A DNA stretch of 64,000 nucleotides from Acidovorax sp. (GTDB taxonomy: Bacteria; Pseudomonadota; Gammaproteobacteria; Burkholderiales; Burkholderiaceae_C), in the NCBI RefSeq assembly GCF_021287135.1, contig NZ_JAJTBB010000070.1, positions 4,990 to 68,989 on the forward strand. The letters are read 5' to 3'. Positions 9,806-17,172 of the stretch are shown here, piece by piece. Positions within the stretch are counted from its first letter, which is position 1. Each line of letters begins with the position of its first letter. The translations under genes were made by a program, and so were the position numbers. The notes beneath the pieces were generated by a model. That model did not search any database. It saw only the letters and a list, made by a program, of their open reading frames with translations, and had not been told where the DNA came from.

Positions 9806-10552
9806 ATGGTGGCGGGCATGTCTGCCACGCCCGAGCCGCCCCTGTTTCGCCGCCATGCCTTTCTTTTCTGGACGCTGGGGGCCCTGGCCTGCGTGCTGGC
9901 CTGGGACGCGGGCGGGCAGGACCTGGCCTGGGCGCAGCCCTTTGGCTCGGCCCAGGGCTTTCCCCTGCGGGACCAGTGGTTCTTCGTGCAGGTCATGCAC
10001 GAAGGCGCCCGCCGCCTGGGCTGGCTGCTCGTGCTGCTCCTGACGCTCAGCGTGTGGTGGCCCCTGGGATTCTTGCGGCGCCTGGACGCGGGCGAACGGG
10101 TCCAGATGGCCGTGAGCGCCCTGCTGGCCCTGGCCGTGGTCAGCATCACCAAGAACCTCAGTGCGACCAGTTGCCCGTGGGATCTGGCGCAGTTCGGCGG
10201 CGTGGCACGGCATGTCTCGCACTGGGCGCTGGGCGTGCTGGACGGCGGCAGCGGGCGCTGTTTCCCGGCGGGCCATGCGTCGGCCGGTTTTGCCTTTCTG
10301 GGCGGCTATTTCGCGCTGCGCCGCAAGGCGCCCCGCGCAGCGCGCTGGTGGCTGGCGGGTTCACTGCTGGCCGGCCTGGTACTGGGTGGCGCGCAACAGG
10401 TGCGCGGCGCCCACTTCATGAGCCACACACTGTGGACCGGCTGGCTGTGCTGGACCACCGGCTGGCTTTGCGATGTGGCGGCCCGGACCCTGCGCCCGCG
10501 CTTTGCCCTTCGAACCGCCCCCTCTGCCGAGGCGCCCCATGCTTCCGCTTGA
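9806..10552 (+). CDS. PAP2-superfamily membrane phosphatase (divergent first motif)
   Basis: Polytopic. Motifs KNLSATSCPWD / FPAGHAS / RGAHFMSH. The start could also be Met5 (9818). Confidence 0.7.
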   Translation: MVAGMSATPEPPLFRRHAFLFWTLGALACVLAWDAGGQDLAWAQPFGSAQGFPLRDQWFFVQVMHEGARRLGWLLVLLLTLSVWWPLGFLRRLDAGERVQMAVSALLALAVVSITKNLSATSCPWDLAQFGGVARHVSHWALGVLDGGSGRCFPAGHASAGFAFLGGYFALRRKAPRAARWWLAGSLLAGLVLGGAQQVRGAHFMSHTLWTGWLCWTTGWLCDVAARTLRPRFALRTAPSAEAPHASA

Positions 10553-11150
10553 CGTCGCGGTGTTTCACGCCCTCAACGCCGACGCCACCACGTGGCCCGG
10601 GGTGGTGGCGGCAGCGCGGTGGGCTTCTCAGCAACTGCCCATTGCCATGGGCGGCGCCCTCGTAGGCTGCCTGGTCGTGGGCAATGCCGCCCAGCGCCAC
10701 GCCGTCGCCCGGGTCCTGGCATCCATGGCGCTGGCCTGGCTGGGCGTGCAGCTGCTGCGGTACGCCGTGCCCGCACCGCGCCCGGCCCAGCTCGGGCTGG
10801 GCGTGCAGTGGATCGAGCACTCGGCGCGCGCGGGCTTTCCCAGCATGCACGCGGCGGGGGCCTTTGCGCTCGCAGCCAGCCTGCAGGCTTCCCGACCCGC
10901 GCGCTCCATCGCGCTGGCGGGGTGGGCGGGGGCCTTTGCGGTAGCGTGGAGCCGCCTGTGCCTGGGCGTCCACTTTCCGTCAGACGTCCTGGTCGGCATG
11001 CTGACCGGCGCCCTCAGCGCGGGCGTGGTGCATGCACTGAGCTTGCGGTGGGCCGGCGCGGAGCCCTTGCTGCCGCCTCGTGCGGCCGACGCGCACCCCG
11101 AGCCGCTGCAGCCGGCAGCGCCGTCGGTCAGCTGGCCACGCAAATTTTGA
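10539..11150 (+). CDS. PAP2-family phosphatase (canonical motifs)
   Basis: ORF trimmed to MLPLDVAVFHALN. Motifs RYAVPAPRP / FPSMHAA / SRLCLGVHFPSD (KX6RP-PSGH-SRX5HX3D pattern). Overlaps the upstream PAP2 gene by 14 nt. Confidence 0.75.
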   Translation: MLPLDVAVFHALNADATTWPGVVAAARWASQQLPIAMGGALVGCLVVGNAAQRHAVARVLASMALAWLGVQLLRYAVPAPRPAQLGLGVQWIEHSARAGFPSMHAAGAFALAASLQASRPARSIALAGWAGAFAVAWSRLCLGVHFPSDVLVGMLTGALSAGVVHALSLRWAGAEPLLPPRAADAHPEPLQPAAPSVSWPRKF

Positions 11151-12564
11151 GCATGTTCGTCCCGCCGGGCGCGCCCATGGGCTCGCCGCAGGTGATCGCG
11201 TAGACATCGCCCTTCTGCACGATGTTGCGGCTCTTGAGGTGGCCCTCGGCCTGCTCCAGGGCCGTGTCGCGGTCGGCGCTGGTGTCCATCAGCAGGGGGC
11301 GCACGTTGCGGTACATCGCCATCTTGCGCTGTGTCGCCACCTTGGGCGTCAGGGCATAGATGGGGATGTGGATGCGGTGGCGGCTCATCCACAGCGCCGT
11401 GGCGCCGCTGTCGGTCATCGCGACGATGGCCTTGGCGCCCAGGTGGTGGGCCGTGAACAGCGCGCCCATGGCGATGGACTGGTCGATGCGACCAAAGGTC
11501 TGGCCGGTGAAGTCGGCGTCCAGCTGGTGGTCTTCGGCCGCCTCGGCGGCGGCGCAGATGGTGGCCATCTCTTCCACGGTTTCCAGCGGGTAGCGGCCCG
11601 CGGCGGTCTCGGCGCTCAGCATCACCGCGTCGGTGCCGTCCAGCACGGCGTTGGCCACGTCGCTCACCTCGGCGCGCGTGGGCACGGGGTTGGTGATCAT
11701 GCTTTCCATCATCTGGGTGGCGGTGATGACCACCTTGTCCAGGTCGCGCGCCATGCGGATCATCTTCTTTTGCAGCGCGGGCACGGCGGCGTTGCCCACT
11801 TCCACGGCCAGGTCGCCGCGCGCGACCATGATGCCGTCGCTGACCCGCAGGATGGACTCCAGGTGCGGGATGGCCTCGGCGCGCTCGATCTTGGCGATCA
11901 GGCCGGGCTTGTGCCGGTGCTCGGACGCGGCCACGTTGCACAGCTGGCGCGCCATTTCCATGTCGGTGGCGTTCTTGGGGAAGCTCACCGCCACGTAGTC
12001 GGCCTGGAAGCTCATGGCCGTGCGGATGTCTTCCATGTCCTTGGCCGTGAGCGCGGGTGCGGTGAGCCCGCCGCCCTTCTTGTTGATGCCCTTGTTGTTG
12101 GACAGCTCGCCGCCCACCTTGACGGTGGTGTGCACAGCCTCGCCGCGCACGGCATCGACCGTGAGCACGATCAGGCCGTCGTTGAGCAGCAGGATGTCCC
12201 CCGCCTTCACGTCGCGCGGCAGCTCCTTGTAGTCCAGGCCTACGCCCTGGAGGTCGCCCAGTTCGGTGCGCGACGCATCCAGCACGAATTTCGCGCCGGG
12301 CTCCAGCAGCACCTTGCCCTGCTCGAACTTGCCCACGCGGATCTTGGGCCCCTGCAGGTCGGCCATGATGGCCACCTCGCGGCCCGCGCGCTGGGCGGCC
12401 TCGCGCACCGTGGCGGCGCGGTCGATGTGGTCCTGCGCCTTGCCGTGGCTGAAGTTCAGCCGGACCACGTTGACCCCTGCGCGGATCATGGCTTCCAGCA
12501 GCGCCGGATCGCTCGATGCGGGGCCCAGGGTGGCAACAATCTTCGTGGCGCGGCGCGTGGGCAT
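11128..12564 (-). CDS. pyk: pyruvate kinase
   Basis: ORF trimmed to MPTRRATKIVATLGPASSDP. Motifs NFSHG and MVARGDLAVE, plus a C-terminal regulatory domain. 478 aa. Confidence 0.93.
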   Translation of the reverse strand: MPTRRATKIVATLGPASSDPALLEAMIRAGVNVVRLNFSHGKAQDHIDRAATVREAAQRAGREVAIMADLQGPKIRVGKFEQGKVLLEPGAKFVLDASRTELGDLQGVGLDYKELPRDVKAGDILLLNDGLIVLTVDAVRGEAVHTTVKVGGELSNNKGINKKGGGLTAPALTAKDMEDIRTAMSFQADYVAVSFPKNATDMEMARQLCNVAASEHRHKPGLIAKIERAEAIPHLESILRVSDGIMVARGDLAVEVGNAAVPALQKKMIRMARDLDKVVITATQMMESMITNPVPTRAEVSDVANAVLDGTDAVMLSAETAAGRYPLETVEEMATICAAAEAAEDHQLDADFTGQTFGRIDQSIAMGALFTAHHLGAKAIVAMTDSGATALWMSRHRIHIPIYALTPKVATQRKMAMYRNVRPLLMDTSADRDTALEQAEGHLKSRNIVQKGDVYAITCGEPMGAPGGTNMLKICVAS

Positions 12565-12657
12565 GGGCTTGTCTCTTTCTCTCGTTCGGGGATGTAATCG
12601 AATTTCAATTCTCACACGAAGCGGTTACATGCCGGTTACCCGGCGTGGCCCTCGGCA

Positions 12658-13434
12658 TCACGACAACGCATGGGACAGCAGATGGGCCAGCAGGTGCGCC
12701 AACATCGCTGCCTCCAGGCCGTGGCGGGCATAGAGCCCGCCTGCGACCAGGCCGAACGCCGTGTTGCCCACCAGCACGAAGGCGACGACCGGCGCCGTGA
12801 GCACGCCCGCCATCGCCTGGGCCGCCGGCAGGTGGCCCAGCGCAAACAGCAGGGCGCTGAGCACCACCGCCCAGGCCACCAGCCCCCTACCGGGCCGGCC
12901 CTGCCCACGCTGCACCACGCGCCAGCCCAGCCACAGCAGCAGGCTCATCACGCCCCAGCGCATCAGCAGTTCCTCGGTGATGCCGCCGTACAGCAGCTTG
13001 ACGGCCAAGGGCATGGCGGCGGCGGGATCGGACGGGCGCAGGGCGGCCGGCGCCACCCAGGACAGTGCCCAGAGCCACGCCGCCCCCGCGATGCCGCCCG
13101 CAACGCCCGGCCGCCAAAGGCGCCGCACGGCGGGCCCCACGGGCGCCCCGCAGAGCCAGGCCGACACCGCCGGTGCCCCCAGGCTCACGCGCGGTGCGAG
13201 CACCGTGCCGACGGCGACGCACAGGGCGAGCAGCACGGCCGTCTGCGCACCACTGAGCAGCACCAGCGCCCACAGCGGCAGGGGCAAGAGGTCCGCATGG
13301 GCGCGCAGGGGCGGCAGCAGCGCCCCCACCACGGCCACCACCCCCGGCATGCCCAGCAGCCACAACACGGCCCCCAGGCGCCACCGGGAGGGCTGCAGCG
13401 CCTGGCCAGCGTGGCCGGAAGCGTTCCACACCAT
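12658..13434 (-). CDS. CPBP-family intramembrane glutamic endopeptidase (CAAX protease-like)
   Basis: Polytopic. Motifs EELLMRWG and FALGHLP. Confidence 0.75.
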   Translation of the reverse strand: MVWNASGHAGQALQPSRWRLGAVLWLLGMPGVVAVVGALLPPLRAHADLLPLPLWALVLLSGAQTAVLLALCVAVGTVLAPRVSLGAPAVSAWLCGAPVGPAVRRLWRPGVAGGIAGAAWLWALSWVAPAALRPSDPAAAMPLAVKLLYGGITEELLMRWGVMSLLLWLGWRVVQRGQGRPGRGLVAWAVVLSALLFALGHLPAAQAMAGVLTAPVVAFVLVGNTAFGLVAGGLYARHGLEAAMLAHLLAHLLSHALS

Positions 13435-13475
13435 GGGAGATAGACCGGGCGCTGCGTTCTGGCGCGTCTGCCGCT

Positions 13476-14873
13476 TCAGGCGCGCATGAGCGCTTCGATC
13501 TCGTCCGCCTTCACCGGCACGCCGCGCGTGATCAGTTCGCAGCCGGTTTCGGTCACGATGGCATCGTCCTCGATGCGAATGCCGATGTGGTGGAACGCCT
13601 CGGGCACGCCGTCGGCCGGTCGCACGTAGATGCCGGGTTCGATGGTGAGCACCATGCCCGGGCGCAGCACGCGGCTGGGGCGGTTGGTGATGGTCTCGCC
13701 GGACAGCGGGTCCTTGCGCTCGCTCACCTGCCCTACCTCGCCCGGCTCCACGTAGCTGCCGCAGTCGTGCACGTCCATGCCCAGCCAGTGGCCGGTGCGG
13801 TGCATGTAGAACTGGAAGTAGGCGCGCTTTTCAATCACGTCCTGCACGGTGCCGACCTTGTTCTTGTCGAGCAGGCCCAGGTCCAGCATGCCTTGCGCCA
13901 GCACGGCCACGGTGGCGTCGTGCGGGTCGTTGAAGCGCGCACCCGCCCGGGTGGCCGCCACGGCGGCGTCCTGGCTGGCCAGCACCAGGTCGTACAGCGC
14001 CCGCTGCGGCCCGGTGAAGGTGCCGTTGGCGGGGAAGGTGCGGGTGATGTCGCTGGCATAGCCGTCCAGCTCACAGCCCGCATCGATCAGCACCAGGTCG
14101 CCACTGCGCACCGGCGCCGCATCGGCGCGATAGTGCAGCACGCAGGCATTGGCGCCCGCGGCAACGATGGAGCTGTAGGCCGGGTACTGCGACCCCGCCT
14201 CGCGGAACGCGTGCAGCAGCTCCGCGTCCAGGTGGTATTCCCGCACGTCCTCGCCGGCGCGCAGCATGCGGGCCGAGCGCTGCATGGCGCGGATGTGCGC
14301 CTGGGCGCTGATGGCGGCGGCACGGCGCATGACGTCCTGCTCGTGCGCGTCCTTGAACAGCCGCATTTCGTCCAGCAGCGTGCACAGGTCGTTTTGCTCG
14401 GCCGGGCACAGCGCGCCAAAGCGCACCCGCGCCCGCACGGCGTTCAGCCAGCCTTCCACCCGCGCCGCCAGGCCCGGGTGCGTGGCAAAGGGGTACCACA
14501 CGCAGCGGGTGTTCTCCAGCAGGCGGGGCAGCCGGGCATCCAGGTCGGCGATGGAGTGCGCAACGTCCACGCCCAGCGCGCCGGGTGCTGTAGCGGGACC
14601 CAGCCGGTAGCCGTCCCAGATCTCGCGCTCCAGGTCCTTGGGCTGGCAAAACAGTGTGCTGCGGCCGTCCTGCGACAGCACCAGGCAGGCCCCAGGCTCC
14701 GTGAACCCGGTGAGGTAGTAGAAGTAGCTGTCGTGGCGGAACAGGAAGTCGGTGTCCCGGTTGCGCGGCTGTTCCGTAGCAGTGGGAACGACGGCGATGC
14801 CCCCGGGGCCCAGCTGGGCGGCAAGCCGGGCACGGCGTTGGGCATAGACGGAGGCGGGCACTGGGGTGTTCAT
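13476..14873 (-). CDS. pepP: Xaa-Pro aminopeptidase
   Basis: ORF trimmed to Met220 (MNTPVPASVYAQRRARLAAQL). M24 metal ligand motifs DLVLIDAGCELDGYASDITRTFP, HRTGHWLGMDVHD, TIEPGIY and IRIEDD. Confidence 0.9.
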   Translation of the reverse strand: MNTPVPASVYAQRRARLAAQLGPGGIAVVPTATEQPRNRDTDFLFRHDSYFYYLTGFTEPGACLVLSQDGRSTLFCQPKDLEREIWDGYRLGPATAPGALGVDVAHSIADLDARLPRLLENTRCVWYPFATHPGLAARVEGWLNAVRARVRFGALCPAEQNDLCTLLDEMRLFKDAHEQDVMRRAAAISAQAHIRAMQRSARMLRAGEDVREYHLDAELLHAFREAGSQYPAYSSIVAAGANACVLHYRADAAPVRSGDLVLIDAGCELDGYASDITRTFPANGTFTGPQRALYDLVLASQDAAVAATRAGARFNDPHDATVAVLAQGMLDLGLLDKNKVGTVQDVIEKRAYFQFYMHRTGHWLGMDVHDCGSYVEPGEVGQVSERKDPLSGETITNRPSRVLRPGMVLTIEPGIYVRPADGVPEAFHHIGIRIEDDAIVTETGCELITRGVPVKADEIEALMRA

Positions 14874-16045
14874 GAAGAGGTACCGCAAGGCGGGGTGGGA
14901 GTATTGAGTTCGGCCAGCCGCTCGGGCGTGCCGACGTCGGTCCATCGGCCGGTGTAGAGCTGTGCGCTGACACGGCCATTGTCCATCGCCCGCCGAAGCA
15001 GCGGGGCCAGCGGGGCTTTCACGCCGCCCGGGTTGCCGGGCGGAATGTCGCACCAGGGGGCCGAGAACAGCTCCGCGCGCAGCAGCGCGATGGTGCTGTA
15101 GGTAAAGCGCGGCACCGGGCTGCCGGCGGGCAGGTTCAGCGCCAGCCCGTCGGCCGACAGGCCAAAGTCGCCGCGCGGGTTGTGGGCGGGGTTGGGCACC
15201 AGCCACAGGTGGGCCAGGTGGCCGCTGGCGGCAAAGGTTTGCACCGCGGCGCTGTCGAACACGAAATCCGGCGCGAACACGTCGCCCGCCGCCAGCCAGA
15301 ACACCGGCCCCAGCTGCGGCAGCGCCCGTGCGATCCCCCCGGCAGTCTCCAGCGCGCCGCCAAAGTCCCGGCCTTCGTGGGAGTATGAAATTGATAGCTG
15401 CTTGCGCTTGTCCATCAAGGGCTGGAGGCCAAAAACATCTGAAAAATAGTCGCTGATCTGCTCGCCCAGCCAGGCGGTGTTGATCACCACCCGCTCCACC
15501 CCCGCCGTCTGCAAGGCCTGCAGATGCCACTGCAGCAGCGGCTGGCCTTGCACGGGCAGCAGGGGCTTGGGCGTGGTGTCGGTGAGCGGGCGCATGCGCT
15601 CGCCCCGGCCGGCGGCCAGGAGCAGCGCGGGGACCGGGCCCGGGGCTGCGGCGGGGCTTTCGGCCTGCGCCGGCAGCGCGCCCCGCTGCAGGCTGTGGCG
15701 GTGCACGGAGGTGGGCTCAAACAGCGCCAGCAGGGTGCCCAGCAGCGCCTGGGCCTTGCTGGAGTGGTCCGCGCTGAAGTTGCACACGTACACATCGAGC
15801 GTGACCGCGCGCTGCTCGGGCCAGGTGTGCACGCACAGGTGCGATTCCGCCAGCAGCACGGTGGCCGTGACGCCGCCCGGGCCGTGGGCCGATGCGGGGA
15901 ACTGGTGGAACAGCTGGCCCACGGGTTGCAGGCCGGCGGCGCGCACGGCCTCCACGCAGGCCTGGCCCAGCACTGCGGCGTCCAGCAGCCACGGGGCCGC
16001 GCAGCGGCAGCCTTGAAGATCGGCGGTGAGGTGCAGTCCTTGCAT
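14870..16045 (-). CDS. fusion protein: S-adenosylmethionine decarboxylase-like (pyruvoyl, class 1) N-domain + MurU-like sugar-1-phosphate nucleotidyltransferase C-domain
   Basis: ORF 14870..17134 trimmed to Met364 (MQGLHLTADLQGC). N-domain has VTATVLLAESHLCVHTWPEQRAVTLDVYVCNF (SpeH-type ESH processing motif). Linker is PAQAESPAAAPGPVP. C-domain has LLLAAGRGERMRPLTDTTPKPLLPVQGQPLL...ETAGG...YTGRWTDVGTPERL. No stop and no ATG/GTG lie between the domains. ATGA overlap with pepP. Confidence 0.8.
   Translation of the reverse strand: MQGLHLTADLQGCRCAAPWLLDAAVLGQACVEAVRAAGLQPVGQLFHQFPASAHGPGGVTATVLLAESHLCVHTWPEQRAVTLDVYVCNFSADHSSKAQALLGTLLALFEPTSVHRHSLQRGALPAQAESPAAAPGPVPALLLAAGRGERMRPLTDTTPKPLLPVQGQPLLQWHLQALQTAGVERVVINTAWLGEQISDYFSDVFGLQPLMDKRKQLSISYSHEGRDFGGALETAGGIARALPQLGPVFWLAAGDVFAPDFVFDSAAVQTFAASGHLAHLWLVPNPAHNPRGDFGLSADGLALNLPAGSPVPRFTYSTIALLRAELFSAPWCDIPPGNPGGVKAPLAPLLRRAMDNGRVSAQLYTGRWTDVGTPERLAELNTPTPPCGTSS
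15384..15447 (+). repeat. family A hairpin repeat, copy 1 (degenerate, inside the fusion CDS)
   Basis: tatgaaattgatagctgcttgcgcttgtccatcaagggctggaggccaaaaacatctgaaaaat. About 50 of 62 positions match copy 7 by hand alignment. Translated in frame on the minus strand as FSDVFGLQPLMDKRKQLSISY. Confidence 0.8.
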
Positions 16046-16102
16046 GGGGAGGGACTGTATTACACGCGGCAGCCGCACCAGGTGCGCTGCCACAATCGCG
16101 CC

Positions 16103-17083
16103 ATGCCCGCCCTTGCCCCCCGCAACGACAAAGCCGCCGCCACCTACGAAAAAGTTGTCGAGGGACTGGTTTTCACGCCCTTCCTGCACCTGCAGTTCCA
16201 CCTGCTGCCGCCGCTGCGCCTGGAGATTTCCAGCCGCAAGCGCGCGCCGCTGTACGTGGTGGGGACGGAGGGCTGGTGGATTCAGTGGGAGGACCAGGCC
16301 CCGATAGCGCTGGAAGCCGGCGACGTGGTGTTCCTGCCGCATGCGGGGCGCCACCAGGTCTTCACCGACCCGCAAGCCCCCCTTCAACCGTGGGAAACCC
16401 TGCTGTCGCACAAGCCCGTGCGCCACGGCTCGACCTACAACCTGACGGTGGGCGGCGATGCGGCACCGCTGGCCTGGACGGGCAGCTTCTACTGGACCGC
16501 CGATCTGGCAAGCCACCCGCTCGTCGCCGGCCTGCCGCCCGTGATGCGCATGAACCGGTCGAGCAACCCGACCTGGCTGCCCCTGATGGCCCAGGTGGTG
16601 CAATGGATCAGCGACATCCGCGCCGGCGGAAAGGGCGTGGGCATGACCCAGGCCATGACGGCCCTCCTGCAGCACCTGGTGCTCGAATGGCTGCAGGCGC
16701 CGGAGCGCGCCACGCCCGCTGCGTCGCTGGCCCCGGCGGCGGTGCGGGACCCGCGGCTCGCGCCGGCGCTGGAGGCGATCCACGCCCGCCCCGCCGAACC
16801 CTGGACGGCGACCCGCCTGGCTGCGCTGTGCCACCTCGGCCGCACCACGTTCACCCAGCGCTTCCAGGCCCAGATGCAGTGGCCGCCCATGCGGTATCTG
16901 GCGCGCTGGCGCGTGCATCTGGCCGAGCGCATGCTCAAGGAAAAGCGCCTGACGCTGCAGCAGGCGGCCGATGCCGTGGGCTATTCCACCGGCGCCATCC
17001 TCGCACGGGCGTACAAGCGTGAACGGGGCGTCGCGCCCACGCTGGAGGCCGGCGCCGAACAATCGGCTGCAAAAACGCGCTGA
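16103..17083 (+). CDS. AraC-family transcriptional regulator (cupin-type N-domain)
   Basis: ORF trimmed to Met194 (MPALAPRNDKAAATYEK). C-terminal HTH_18 region (WTATRLAALCHLGRTTFTQRFQAQMQWPPMRYLARWRVHLAERML...AVGYSTGAILARAYKRERG). Start lies 57 bp from the divergent fusion gene. Confidence 0.85.
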   Translation: MPALAPRNDKAAATYEKVVEGLVFTPFLHLQFHLLPPLRLEISSRKRAPLYVVGTEGWWIQWEDQAPIALEAGDVVFLPHAGRHQVFTDPQAPLQPWETLLSHKPVRHGSTYNLTVGGDAAPLAWTGSFYWTADLASHPLVAGLPPVMRMNRSSNPTWLPLMAQVVQWISDIRAGGKGVGMTQAMTALLQHLVLEWLQAPERATPAASLAPAAVRDPRLAPALEAIHARPAEPWTATRLAALCHLGRTTFTQRFQAQMQWPPMRYLARWRVHLAERMLKEKRLTLQQAADAVGYSTGAILARAYKRERGVAPTLEAGAEQSAAKTR

Positions 17084-17172
17084 ACAGCTGTCGCCACGGC
17101 GGCTGCCTTTCCGAAGAATCCACCACGGGCCCACAGCGGGCCCGTTTTGTTTTTCCTCGAAGGGGATTTCGC

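Noticed and set aside
16046-17134. N-terminal 363 codons of the 754-aa ORF 14870..17134. Similar long N-terminal extensions occur on ORFs 13476..15530, 44457..46493, 29610..31289, 36359..37858 and 40650..41858.
   Set aside because: The extensions run antisense through neighbouring genes or through intergenic DNA. In each case an internal Met coincides with the conserved family N-terminus, so the CDS were trimmed.
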